Translations under genes and position numbers: made by a program
Part shown: positions 51,072-60,400 of the stretch, piece after piece
Layout: the number at the start of each line of letters is the position of its first letter
Numbering within the stretch: position 1 is the stretch's first letter
NCBI GenBank assembly: GCA_965209155.1
Contig: OZ242383.1
Coordinates: 256,001-320,000 of the forward strand
Direction: 5' to 3'
DNA from: a bacterium
GTDB taxonomy: Bacteria; SAR324; NAC60-12
DNA length: 64,000 bases
The notes under the pieces: model-generated
What the model saw: only the letters and a program-made list of their open reading frames with translations
What the model was told of the DNA's origin: nothing
The model's database searches: none

Positions 51072-51572
51072 ATGTTTTATGAAAAAATATTTCACACTTT
51101 CGCTGAGGCCGGATTGGATTATGTCGTGATTGGTGGAATTGCTGTGAACTTGCAGGGATTTGCCAGGGCCACGGCGGATTTGGATATTATCATTTTTTTG
51201 AATGAGGAGGAGCTTCATAAGTTTATCCAGGCCGTGCAGCAGATGGGGTTTGTTCCCAGGCTTCCGGTGAATCTGGAAGATTTGGCGGATTCAGAAAAAC
51301 GAGAGAAGTGGATTCAGCAAAAAAACATGAAGGTGTTTAGTGTTTACAATCCCAAACAAACAATAGAAACAATTGATGTCATGATTGATGTGCCGCTAGA
51401 GATGGATGGAATCTTTCAAAGAAGGGCTTGGATGGATTTTCAGGATATACAAATTCCAGTCGCTTCTATTTCTGATCTCATTGCTCTGAAAGAAATTTCT
51501 GGAAGAGAACGGGACAAAATTGACATTGAGGCTTTAAGAAAAATAGAGGAGATCTTGCATGCAAAAGACTGA
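51072..51572 (+). CDS. Nucleotidyltransferase family protein (GG-x-A...R-x-T-x-DxD type)
   Basis: YVVIGGIAV...RATADLD, DLIALK..SGR..D..DI..L. Confidence 0.8.
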   Translation: MFYEKIFHTFAEAGLDYVVIGGIAVNLQGFARATADLDIIIFLNEEELHKFIQAVQQMGFVPRLPVNLEDLADSEKREKWIQQKNMKVFSVYNPKQTIETIDVMIDVPLEMDGIFQRRAWMDFQDIQIPVASISDLIALKEISGRERDKIDIEALRKIEEILHAKD

Positions 51573-51738
51573 TACTTTGGTTGGGGAGGAGCGAGATGTG
51601 GAGCAGCTCAAGGCGTTCATGGCACTTTCAGCGGAGGAAAAACTTCAACATCTGGAACAACTCAATGCCTTTCTTCAACAAGCGATGCCCGTAAAATGTA
51701 TAGAAGCTTGGGAAAAATTAAAACAGCAGGGGTTTTAA
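51559..51738 (+). CDS. 59-aa small partner protein of the nucleotidyltransferase (below the ORF-track cutoff)
   Basis: gagga RBS, overlapping start, MQKTD...ALSAEEKLQHLEQL...KQQGF*. Confidence 0.6.
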   Translation: MQKTDTLVGEERDVEQLKAFMALSAEEKLQHLEQLNAFLQQAMPVKCIEAWEKLKQQGF

Positions 51739-51902
51739 AGAGGATCAATGGCTGAATACATCGTGGCAGTTCGTTCCCTTTACATTCAACTTTTTTTTGA
51801 AGATTTAGAAGGCGATATCGAAGTGCTTGACCGCATGTGGGAAGCAGCTGACTTTATCGTTCGCTTCCTGAAAGAAACTTGCCGTCAAGAACTTGTTTTT
51901 TA

Positions 51903-51920
51903 GTTAACATGCGTGTTAAC
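51903..51920. promoter_or_regulatory. Operator-like palindrome gttaaca-tgcg-tgttaac
   Basis: Perfect 7-bp inverted repeat ending 8 nt before the toxin start. Confidence 0.6.
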
Positions 51921-51928
51921 ATTTTTCT

Positions 51929-52285
51929 ATGAGAGACATAAATTTTTTTAAAACAGAAACTGGCCGTTCTCCAGTTGAGGAATTTATAGATTCCCTTCCT
52001 TCAAAGCAAGCTCAAAAGGTTGCATGGGTTTTAATTTTAATTGAGGAAATGGAAATCGTTCCTTCTAAATACTTTAAGAAGCTCCCAAATACTGATGATA
52101 TTTGGGAGGTTCGAATTGTTTCAGGGAATGATATCTATCGTATTTTAGGGTTTTTCGACGGGCCAGATTTGGTAGTTTTAAATCATGCATTCCAAAAAAA
52201 GACTCAAAAAACTCCGAGTCGAGCAATAAGGACGGCTGAAAGTAGAAAAAGATCTTATTTAGAAAGGGGTAAAACTAATGAGTGA
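51929..52285 (+). CDS. RelE/ParE-superfamily (Gp49/HigB-like) toxin
   Basis: [29 protein letters not shown]. Confidence 0.88.
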   Translation: MRDINFFKTETGRSPVEEFIDSLPSKQAQKVAWVLILIEEMEIVPSKYFKKLPNTDDIWEVRIVSGNDIYRILGFFDGPDLVVLNHAFQKKTQKTPSRAIRTAESRKRSYLERGKTNE

Positions 52286-52553
52286 TTTGAAGAAATATAT
52301 AGCAAAACGCAAAGCCTTAGATTCTGAGTTTGCAGAAGGTTTCGATGCTGGATATGAAGAGTTTAAAATTGGCGTTATCTTGAAAATTGCAAGGGAAAAA
52401 GCTGGAATCACCCAAGAACAACTTGCTCAAAAGATGAATACAAAAAAATCTGCCATTTCTCGAATTGAAAACCACGCAGATGATATAAAGTTATCAACCC
52501 TTAAAAAGTTTGCTCAAGCACTAGGCAAAAAGCTTAATGTAGAAGTAGCTTAG
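52278..52553 (+). CDS. XRE-family HTH antitoxin (HigA-like)
   Basis: [13 protein letters not shown]...SAISRIEN. Confidence 0.88.
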   Translation: MSDLKKYIAKRKALDSEFAEGFDAGYEEFKIGVILKIAREKAGITQEQLAQKMNTKKSAISRIENHADDIKLSTLKKFAQALGKKLNVEVA

Positions 52554-52583
52554 CCTCTTTATGACCAAGAAACTTTAGATGGA

Positions 52584-52847
52584 GGAACAAGAAAGGGGAG
52601 AACGATGAAAGCATTTAACAGCAAACGTGCCCTCTGTGGTGACTATCGGATACCTCGTCAGATGTTACAAGAGCAAATCTATGACGGGCATAGCTCTATT
52701 CACGACGACAAAATGGCAGCGGATTTGGGTTTTTCTGGCGCGCCTATTGAAGGACTGACCCACTTCAGCCAGTTTTCACCGCTGTTGTATGAAAATTTTG
52801 GCAAGACCTGATTTGAAAACGGTTGCATCAGTGCGCATTATTTAAAT
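52584..52847 (+). pseudogene. 5' fragment (copy 3) of the hotdog-fold gene at 37318
   Basis: Near-identical to ~37298-37560, with TGG>TGA nonsense at 52809-52811. Confidence 0.9.
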
Positions 52848-53170
52848 TTTGCCGAATGCGCTCTTCCACGTCTCTCCCGGATCCAGTCCGGGACAAGCTT
52901 TTACCTGCGCCTCCTTGTTATTGAAACTCCCCTTTTTTTAAACGTTTCGCCCTTTGCGGGCCAAACTGCATATTCCGGCCCACTTCGATCACCGATTCCG
53001 GTCCACTTCGATCACTGATTCCGGCCCACTTCGATCACTGATTCCGGCCCACTTCGATCATCATGGATGATCGTTGCAACAGCGAAGCAAGCCGTTCCTT
53101 CATTTCAATAAAATTGGCTATATAGATCCTCTGTCAGTAAGAATATTTTCATTATTTTCCAAGAGGATCT

Positions 53171-54718
53171 ATGAGCCGGAAACAAGGAAAGGAATTGTCG
53201 ATGCGTAAAGTACGAGAAATTTTGAGATTAGGATTAGTCTGTCAACTGTCCCAGCGACGGATTGCTCAAAGTTGTCATATGTCTCAAGCCAGTGTGAGCA
53301 AATTTTTGAATTTAGCCAAACAAAGAGAGATTGAAGGCACACAAGTCTCTCAATTCAGTGATGAAGAATTGATGAAGGCGCTTGGGCTCAACAGTGAGGT
53401 TATCTGCTATAAAATGGCTCCCATGCCAGATTTTAAACAAATTCACGAAGAGCTGAAAAAGAAAAGTGTCACGCTTCGCTTATTGTGGGAAGAATACAAG
53501 TATCTTCATCCAAGCGGTTATCAATATTCCCAATTCTGCGAACATTACAGTCGTTTCAAGCAAACGCTCAATCGATCGCTTCGCCAGACTCACAAGGCCG
53601 GTGAGAAGCTGTTTGTGGATTATGCGGGAGAAAGCGTCAAGATCTACAATCGAGAAAGCGGCAAGTTTCAGGCGGCTCAAATTTTTGTCGCAGTTCTGGG
53701 AGCGAGCAACTACACCTATTGCGAAGCGAGCTGGACTCAAAGTCTGCCCGACTGGATCGCTTCTCACATTCGTGCCTTTGAGTTTTTTGGAGCAGTGTCC
53801 AAAGTGGTGGTGCCGGATAATTTGAAATCAGGGGTGAAAAAAGCCTGCTTCTATGAACCGGATATCAATCCCACTTACCACGAATTGGCCCTTCATTATG
53901 GTACGGTGATTCTCCCCACCAGGGTCCGAAAACCCAAAGACAAAGCCAAGGTAGAAGTGGCGGTACAAATTGTAGAACGTTGGATCTTAGCCGCCTTACG
54001 TCATCGCAGTTTCTTCAGTTTAGAAGAATTGAATCGAGCAATCCGTCGTCTGTTAGAACGCTTGAATCAACGCCCTTTTAAAAAATTACCCGGATCGCGC
54101 TGGTCTTGTTTTCAAACGCTGGAATTACCGGCTTTACTAGCCCTACCTCAGCAACGCTACAGTTTTGCTCAGTGGAAAAAAGCGAAAGTGAATATCGATT
54201 ATCATGTGGAGTTGCAGAGGCATTACAACAGCGTTCCTTACTCCCTCTGTCACCAGGAAGTTCAAATGCGTTATAGCAGCGAAACGCTGGAAATCTTCTT
54301 TCGAGGCAAACGGGTGGCTTCCCACAAACGTGATGATCGTGCCGGGCTTCATAGCACTCAGGAGCAACATATGCCCAAAGGACATCGAGAACATCTACAT
54401 TGGTCGCCTTCTCGCTTGATTGACTGGGCTGCCACCATCGGACCAGCCACCGCTAAACTGGTAGCAGGAATCATGGATCAAAGAAGCTATCCTGAGCAGG
54501 GATACCGTTCCTGCTTAGGGATTATGCGCCTTTCTAAACTCTACACGGCCAATCGAGTGGAATCGGCTTCTCAGAGGGCTATTCTCATTGGGGCTTTCCG
54601 CTATAGCAGTGTTCATTCGATCTTAAAGAAAGGTTTGGATCGGCATCCCCTTTCCAAGCCAGAACCCACCCCGCAACTGGAACATGAAAATATCCGTGGG
54701 GCTCATTACTACCAATGA
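53171..54718 (+). CDS. istA: IS21 transposase IstA
   Basis: Identical protein to 4325-5872. Confidence 0.95.
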   Translation: MSRKQGKELSMRKVREILRLGLVCQLSQRRIAQSCHMSQASVSKFLNLAKQREIEGTQVSQFSDEELMKALGLNSEVICYKMAPMPDFKQIHEELKKKSVTLRLLWEEYKYLHPSGYQYSQFCEHYSRFKQTLNRSLRQTHKAGEKLFVDYAGESVKIYNRESGKFQAAQIFVAVLGASNYTYCEASWTQSLPDWIASHIRAFEFFGAVSKVVVPDNLKSGVKKACFYEPDINPTYHELALHYGTVILPTRVRKPKDKAKVEVAVQIVERWILAALRHRSFFSLEELNRAIRRLLERLNQRPFKKLPGSRWSCFQTLELPALLALPQQRYSFAQWKKAKVNIDYHVELQRHYNSVPYSLCHQEVQMRYSSETLEIFFRGKRVASHKRDDRAGLHSTQEQHMPKGHREHLHWSPSRLIDWAATIGPATAKLVAGIMDQRSYPEQGYRSCLGIMRLSKLYTANRVESASQRAILIGAFRYSSVHSILKKGLDRHPLSKPEPTPQLEHENIRGAHYYQ

Positions 54719-54737
54719 GCCCCTCAGAAAGGAGTTT

Positions 54738-55487
54738 ATGATTACTGTCCCTACTTTTGAAAAATTGAAATCGATGAAGTTTTGGGGAATGGCCCAAGCT
54801 TTCGAAGAACAAATGGCCTCCAGTCAGTATGAGCGATTGAGTTTTGAGGAACGCTTGGGCTTGCTAGTGGATCGGGAAGCCAGTGAAAGAGAAAACCGTC
54901 GTATGCAATCCAGACTGAAACAAGCTGCTTTACGACAACAAGCCTGTATCCAGGACATTGACCATACGCTGCCCCGAGGATTAGATCCTGCTCTGATGCA
55001 ATCCCTCTACAGCGGCCAGTGGATTAAAGAACATCTCAATATCCTAATCTGCGGACCAACCGGCATCGGGAAAAGTTTTATTGCCTGTGCCCTGGGACAT
55101 CAAGCCTGTTTGCAGGGAGCTCGAGTCAAATACTTGAGAATCCCTCGATTGCTACCCCAGTTGGCCTTAGCCAGAGGAGATGGCTCCTATCTGAAAATGA
55201 TCAACCAGATGGCGCGAATGGATTTGATTATTTTAGACGACTGGGGGCTCTCAGTCTTTAACGACCAGGAAAGACGAGATATTTTGGAAATCCTCGATGA
55301 TCGCCATAACCGAGGTTCAACTATTATTACCGCTCAACTTCCTGTGGAAAAATGGCATCAGATCATCGGTGATCCTACACTGGCTGATGCCATCCTCGAT
55401 AGAGTGGTGCACAATGCTTATAAACTTCAATTGAAAGGAGAGTCGGTCAGAAAAAAACGATCCAAGTTGACCAATGCTAAACAATAA
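54738..55487 (+). CDS. istB: IS21 helper ATPase IstB
   Basis: Identical protein to 3556-4305. Confidence 0.95.
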   Translation: MITVPTFEKLKSMKFWGMAQAFEEQMASSQYERLSFEERLGLLVDREASERENRRMQSRLKQAALRQQACIQDIDHTLPRGLDPALMQSLYSGQWIKEHLNILICGPTGIGKSFIACALGHQACLQGARVKYLRIPRLLPQLALARGDGSYLKMINQMARMDLIILDDWGLSVFNDQERRDILEILDDRHNRGSTIITAQLPVEKWHQIIGDPTLADAILDRVVHNAYKLQLKGESVRKKRSKLTNAKQ

Positions 55488-55786
55488 ATTAAAACTAAAT
55501 TAAAGAGAACGTCGCTTCGCTCCGAGAGGGTGATCGAAGTGATCCGGAATCAGTGATCGAAGTGGACCGGAATCGATGATCGAAGTGAGCGGAATACGCA
55601 CTAGGCGGGCCCCTCCGAAGGGAGAGATCCTTATAAGCTACTAAAATCATTAAAGATCCCTCACATGCATTCGAGATGACACTCAAAAGTGTCCAAAGTG
55701 TTGGATGACGTACCGCAATAAATATGGGTAACTTCTTGGGGATGTTCAAGCAAGGCCCCATTCATAACTTTTATCAGGAAAACAGT

Positions 55787-55910
55787 ATGGCTTCAGCAAT
55801 ATGGCCGACAGATGAAGATTTGATTTCTTCAGCCCACATTGTTTCAGACGTCCAAAAACGAACCGTTCCTAAGCAAATAGAATATTGGGCAAGAATCGGA
55901 AAAATCGCAG
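55787..55910 (+). pseudogene. ParD-like antitoxin N-terminal fragment
   Basis: VQKRTVPKQIEYWARIGKIA, then an abrupt switch to high-GC sequence. Confidence 0.6.
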
Positions 55911-55944
55911 GGATGCCTGACGCTTCATCGAGATGGAGGTATCC

Positions 55945-56883
55945 ATGAACGTCTCTGTTCGACCGATCGGCCAGGAATTCGCAGCAGAGCTCATCGGCAT
56001 CAGTTGCCGTAGCCCGCTGCCACCGGAGACGGTGAAGTCGGTGGAGACCGCGATGAATCAGTACGCGGTGGTCGTGATACGCGACCAAGTGCTGACGGAT
56101 GAGGAACAGCTCGCCTTCTCCCTGCACTTCGGCGAGATCGAGCGCCAGGGGAGGGGCAGTACCAAAGGTCGAATTCACTTTCGTACCCGTGAGCAGACTC
56201 GGCCGCTTGGTCAAGGCATTGGCGATTTTTCGAATGTGGATCATGCGGGCCGGCCGCTTGTGGCGAACACCCGGGCACACCTGTTCAAACTAGCTGACCG
56301 GCTGTGGCACTCGGACAGCTCGTTTCGCCCGATTCCGGCCAAGTACTCGTTGCTTTCCGCCCGGGCCATTCCTTCCTGGGGCGGGAATACCGAGTTCGCG
56401 GACATGCGTAGAGCATACGAGGCGCTGGACGACCGCACGAAGCTCGAAGTGGAGAATCTGGTGTGTCTGCACTCGCAGATCTATTCACGAGAGCTGGTGG
56501 GTTTTGACGACATCACGGCTGAGGAACGGAAAGACTTCAAGCCGGTGAGACAGCGACTTGTCCGGCAACACCCGGCCACCGGGCGGAGATCGTTGTTCCT
56601 GTCTTCCCATGCTGGTGTAATCGAGGGCTGGACGGTACCAGAGTCGCGCATGTATCTGCACGACCTGATCGAGTTTGCTACCCAGCCCTGTTTCGTGTAC
56701 TCGCACTCCTGGCGCCAAAACGATCTTGTCATCTGGGACAACCGCTGCACCATGCATCGTGGTCGTCGGTTCGACCCCGATGAGGTGCGCGACATGCGCC
56801 AGACCCGTCTGGGTGGAGATGGACCGACGATCGAGCAGGGGGGTAGTCTCGGCAACCTTCACTTAGGACTATCCAGGGAGTGA
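55945..56883 (+). CDS. TauD/TfdA family Fe(II)/2OG dioxygenase
   Basis: WHSDSSF, GGNTEFADMR, WDNRCTMHRG; ggaggt RBS. Confidence 0.93.
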   Translation: MNVSVRPIGQEFAAELIGISCRSPLPPETVKSVETAMNQYAVVVIRDQVLTDEEQLAFSLHFGEIERQGRGSTKGRIHFRTREQTRPLGQGIGDFSNVDHAGRPLVANTRAHLFKLADRLWHSDSSFRPIPAKYSLLSARAIPSWGGNTEFADMRRAYEALDDRTKLEVENLVCLHSQIYSRELVGFDDITAEERKDFKPVRQRLVRQHPATGRRSLFLSSHAGVIEGWTVPESRMYLHDLIEFATQPCFVYSHSWRQNDLVIWDNRCTMHRGRRFDPDEVRDMRQTRLGGDGPTIEQGGSLGNLHLGLSRE

Positions 56884-57310
56884 AAAAGGGAACAAAATTC
56901 ATGGAAGCCCTCGATAACCCCTTGCAAAGCATTGAAGACAATCCCCTTAAAAAGAATGTCTTCTCTCACGCAGAAAGAAGGTTCTCTACCATAATTTTCT
57001 GATCAATGGGTATCACGTTTTGTATAATTTAACTCGATGTTTGAATTATTTTTTACCTTAGCATCTTTGAGAGAAAGGCAAAAGCAATTCAGAGTTTTCC
57101 GTTATATCGTTAAAGAGCGCACCTGATGAATGACCCCTTTTTCTTTCCTTCGCGAACCGCCTTCGACTGCTGATCCGATGATTCGGATCAGTGTCAGCTG
57201 CCGAACTAACTTGCGCAAGTGCTACTTTAGATGGGTCATTTTACACCCTTTAGCACTTAGAAGAGCCTCAGTAAATCCAATAATCATCTAGTTTCGCAGA
57301 AAATCACAAC

Positions 57311-57339
57311 TTGACCTGGTGCAAACAGGTATCTATAAT
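57311..57339 (+). promoter_or_regulatory. Sigma70-type promoter for the giant activator gene
   Basis: TTGACC-17 nt-TATAAT, with an acctg/caggt inverted repeat across the spacer. Confidence 0.7.
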
Positions 57340-57415
57340 GAAATACCACTTGCGCAAAAGTAACAGAAATCTCGTATCATCATAAAAGGCAAATTCGATT
57401 CACCAACGACTACGG

Positions 57416-60400
57416 ATGAGCTCGGACATGAAAACCAATAAAGATCTCCCATCGTTTGCACAGTTCAAAAACTACTTCGATTCTGATGAGTCTTGCCGAC
57501 GCCATCTATTCAGCATTCATTGGCCGAATGGTTTCAAGTGCCCGGCCTGTGGAAATGGGCAATATTACAAGGTTTCTTCGCGGGCCGTATTTCATTGCAG
57601 CAGCTGCCAGTACCAGACTTCATTAACGGCGAAAACGTTGATGCGCAAGACACGGACTCCTCTTCGTTTTTGGTTCTGGGGGATCTACCTGGTAAACGAG
57701 CGGAAGCAAGGGGTAACAGCCAAACAGTTCTCTGAGATGAGTGGTTTGAACTACCATGCCGCCCGGAGAATGCTGGGAAAAATCCGCAAAATTGAAAAGG
57801 ACCAGGGGTTCCTGGGGGATCTGCTGAAAAGCTTCAATATGCCTGAAGGGTCCAGGGAAGAATTCTCTACCGGACCGGGCATGGAAACGCCACCCAAGCC
57901 AACAAAAGAGCCGTATCCACTAAGAGAGCCAACGATTCCCGACAGAAAAAAACCGGAGATTCCGGGTTATTCGCTGGAGGAGGTCCTTTTTGAAAGTGGG
58001 CGGACCTGGCTTTGGCGCGGCAAGCGGCAAAGGGATGGGCTTTGGGTTCTGATCAAAGGATCGGCTTCCTCTGAGCAGGGCGCGCAGGAGCTGGCGGAAA
58101 TATGGCATGAGCATGAGATCACTCAGGCTCTCGAGATCGATGGGGTCCTCAGGGCAGAGGAACTGGTGGCGTGTGAAAACGGATCGGTCTTGATCCTGGA
58201 AAACACGGAAGGACTCCCTTTAAGAAAGCTGATGGATGCCGCCCGGTTCGACCTGCTGGACTCGCTGAAGATAGCGGTTTCACTGATCGGTATTCTGAAA
58301 GAAGTGCACCGGCAGGGCATCTTGCATAAAATGATCAATCCGTTGAATATTTTTGTCGATCCGGCCTCGGGGACGGTCAAACTGACCGGTTTCGGTCTGG
58401 CCACCCGGTTGCCTAAGGAAAATTTGACGACGTTGAGTCCCCGGCTTAGTAGAGAAACCCTGCCCTATATCTCCCCCGAGCAGACCGGCCGGATGAACCG
58501 CCCGCTCGATTATCGCAGTGATTTTTATTCCCTGGGCGTCACCCTCTATGAACTTTTCAGCGGGAGAGTGCCTTTTCACTCCCGGGAGGCCATGGAAATC
58601 ATCCACGCTCACATTGCCCGGCAGCCCCCGCCCCCTGACGAGATTGAACCGCAAGTACCCAGAGTCCTTTCTAATATGGTGATGAAACTGATAGCCAAGC
58701 GTGCCGAGGCGCGCTACCAGAGCCACTCGGGCCTGGCAGCCGATCTCCTGGCATGTGTGGAGCAACTGGAAAACCAGGGAAGCCTGTCCGACTTTCCCCT
58801 TGCTCACCATGATATACCTAAAGAACTGCAGATCGCCCCGGGGCTTTACGGCCGGGAGGATGAAATCATCGCCCTGGAGGCCGCCCTGGAGCGAGTGAGC
58901 CAGGGAGCGACCGAGATGATGCTGGTCTCGGGAAGCGCCGGTGTCGGTAAAACCGCCCTGGTTGGTGAAATCTATAAGTCCGTTGCCCAAAAAAACGGCT
59001 TTTTCATCTCCGGCAAGTTTGACCAGCTCCAGAACAATATCCCCTACAGCGCCCTGATCCAGGCGCTGCGGGGACTCATCCGGGAGGTATCAGTTGAAGA
59101 GAAATCCGGAATGGAGCGTTGGAAAAGCAGGATACAGGCTGCCCTGGGGCCCAACGGACAACTGATGACCCGGGTGATCCCGGAACTGGAACCGATGATC
59201 GGCCCGCAACCCCCGCTGCCGGAAATGGGAGCGCTGGAGGCCCGCAACCGCTTCACGGCCGTTTTACTGGATTTCATCTCTGTTTTTTGTGAAAAAACCC
59301 ATCCCCTGGTTATTTTTCTGGACGACTTGCAGTGGGTGGACGCCGATACCCTCAAGCTGGTGGAACGGATCGCTCAGGATCCTGAGAAGAAACCTCTGCT
59401 TTTCCTGGGAGCCTATCGCGACAACAAGGTGGATGCCGACCATCGGCTGACGGCTGCTATCGCAGTGTTTAAAAAAACAGGCCAGCCGCTGCAAACGATC
59501 CCCTTAAAGCCCCTGAACCCAGAGAACATCTCACAACTGCTCGTCCATACCTGCCACTGCCGTCTTGAGGAGGCCAAACCGCTGGCCGAGGTCCTGGTTC
59601 GCAAAACCGGCGGCAATCCCTTCTTTGTGAGCCAGTTTTTAACCGTACTCTCCGAGAAGGAGCTGATCCGCTACTCCCCTGAGGAAAAACGATGGATCTG
59701 GGACCTGGCTGCCATCGAGTTCCTGGCAGTGACCGAGAATGTGGTGGCGTTGCTGATTGACCGGCTCCATCGGTTTTCCTCTGAAACCAGGCGACTTTTA
59801 AGCCTGGCGGCCTGTATTGGCAATACCTTTGACCTGGAAACCTTGGAGTTGATCAGCGGAGCTGGAAGCGGGGAGCTCTATGAGAAACTGTTGCCGGCCC
59901 TGGAAACCGGGTTGATCCTCGGTCTTTCCCGGGCCCCGCAGCTGGATCATCCCCCGGACGGAGCGAGCGTGGATGGCGGCAGCTTCAAATTCCTGCATGA
60001 CCGGGTGCAGCAGGCTGCCTATGCCCTCATTGCCCAAAAGGAGAGAAAGCCGGTCCATCTTAAAATCGGTCAGATCCTGCTCAAGCAATACGCTCCGGAG
60101 AAAGGTGACGCTCTGCTTTTTGACATCGTCCATCATTTCAACCTGACCCGGAGGGTGAAGGATAAATGGAAAGAACGATTGAAGCTGGCGGGGCTCAACC
60201 TGGAAGCCGGTCGTCAGGCCAGGGCGGCTTCGGCTTTTGAAAAGGCCCTGGAGTATTTTACCATCGGCCTGGAGCTTTCAGGAGCCGCCGCCTGGAAACG
60301 GCAATATCCCCTGACTTTATCCCTGCATGAGGAAGCCACGGAGATGTCATGGCTCTGCGGCCGCTTCGAGTTGATGGAGAAGCTGGCCGGTGCCGTAAAA

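Larger units (their letters stand above)
52967..55600 (+). mobile_element. IS21 family insertion sequence, copy 2 (2634 bp, inverted relative to copy 1)
   Basis: Same length, same ends and identical translated ORFs as 3443-6076; no target duplication. Confidence 0.95.

Noticed and set aside
57129..57240. SRP RNA, 6S RNA, tRNA or c-di-GMP riboswitch
   Set aside because: Diagnostic motifs not found on either strand by eye
57416..57800. Intact IS1595 element
   Set aside because: No DDE catalytic domain, terminal IRs or target duplication visible
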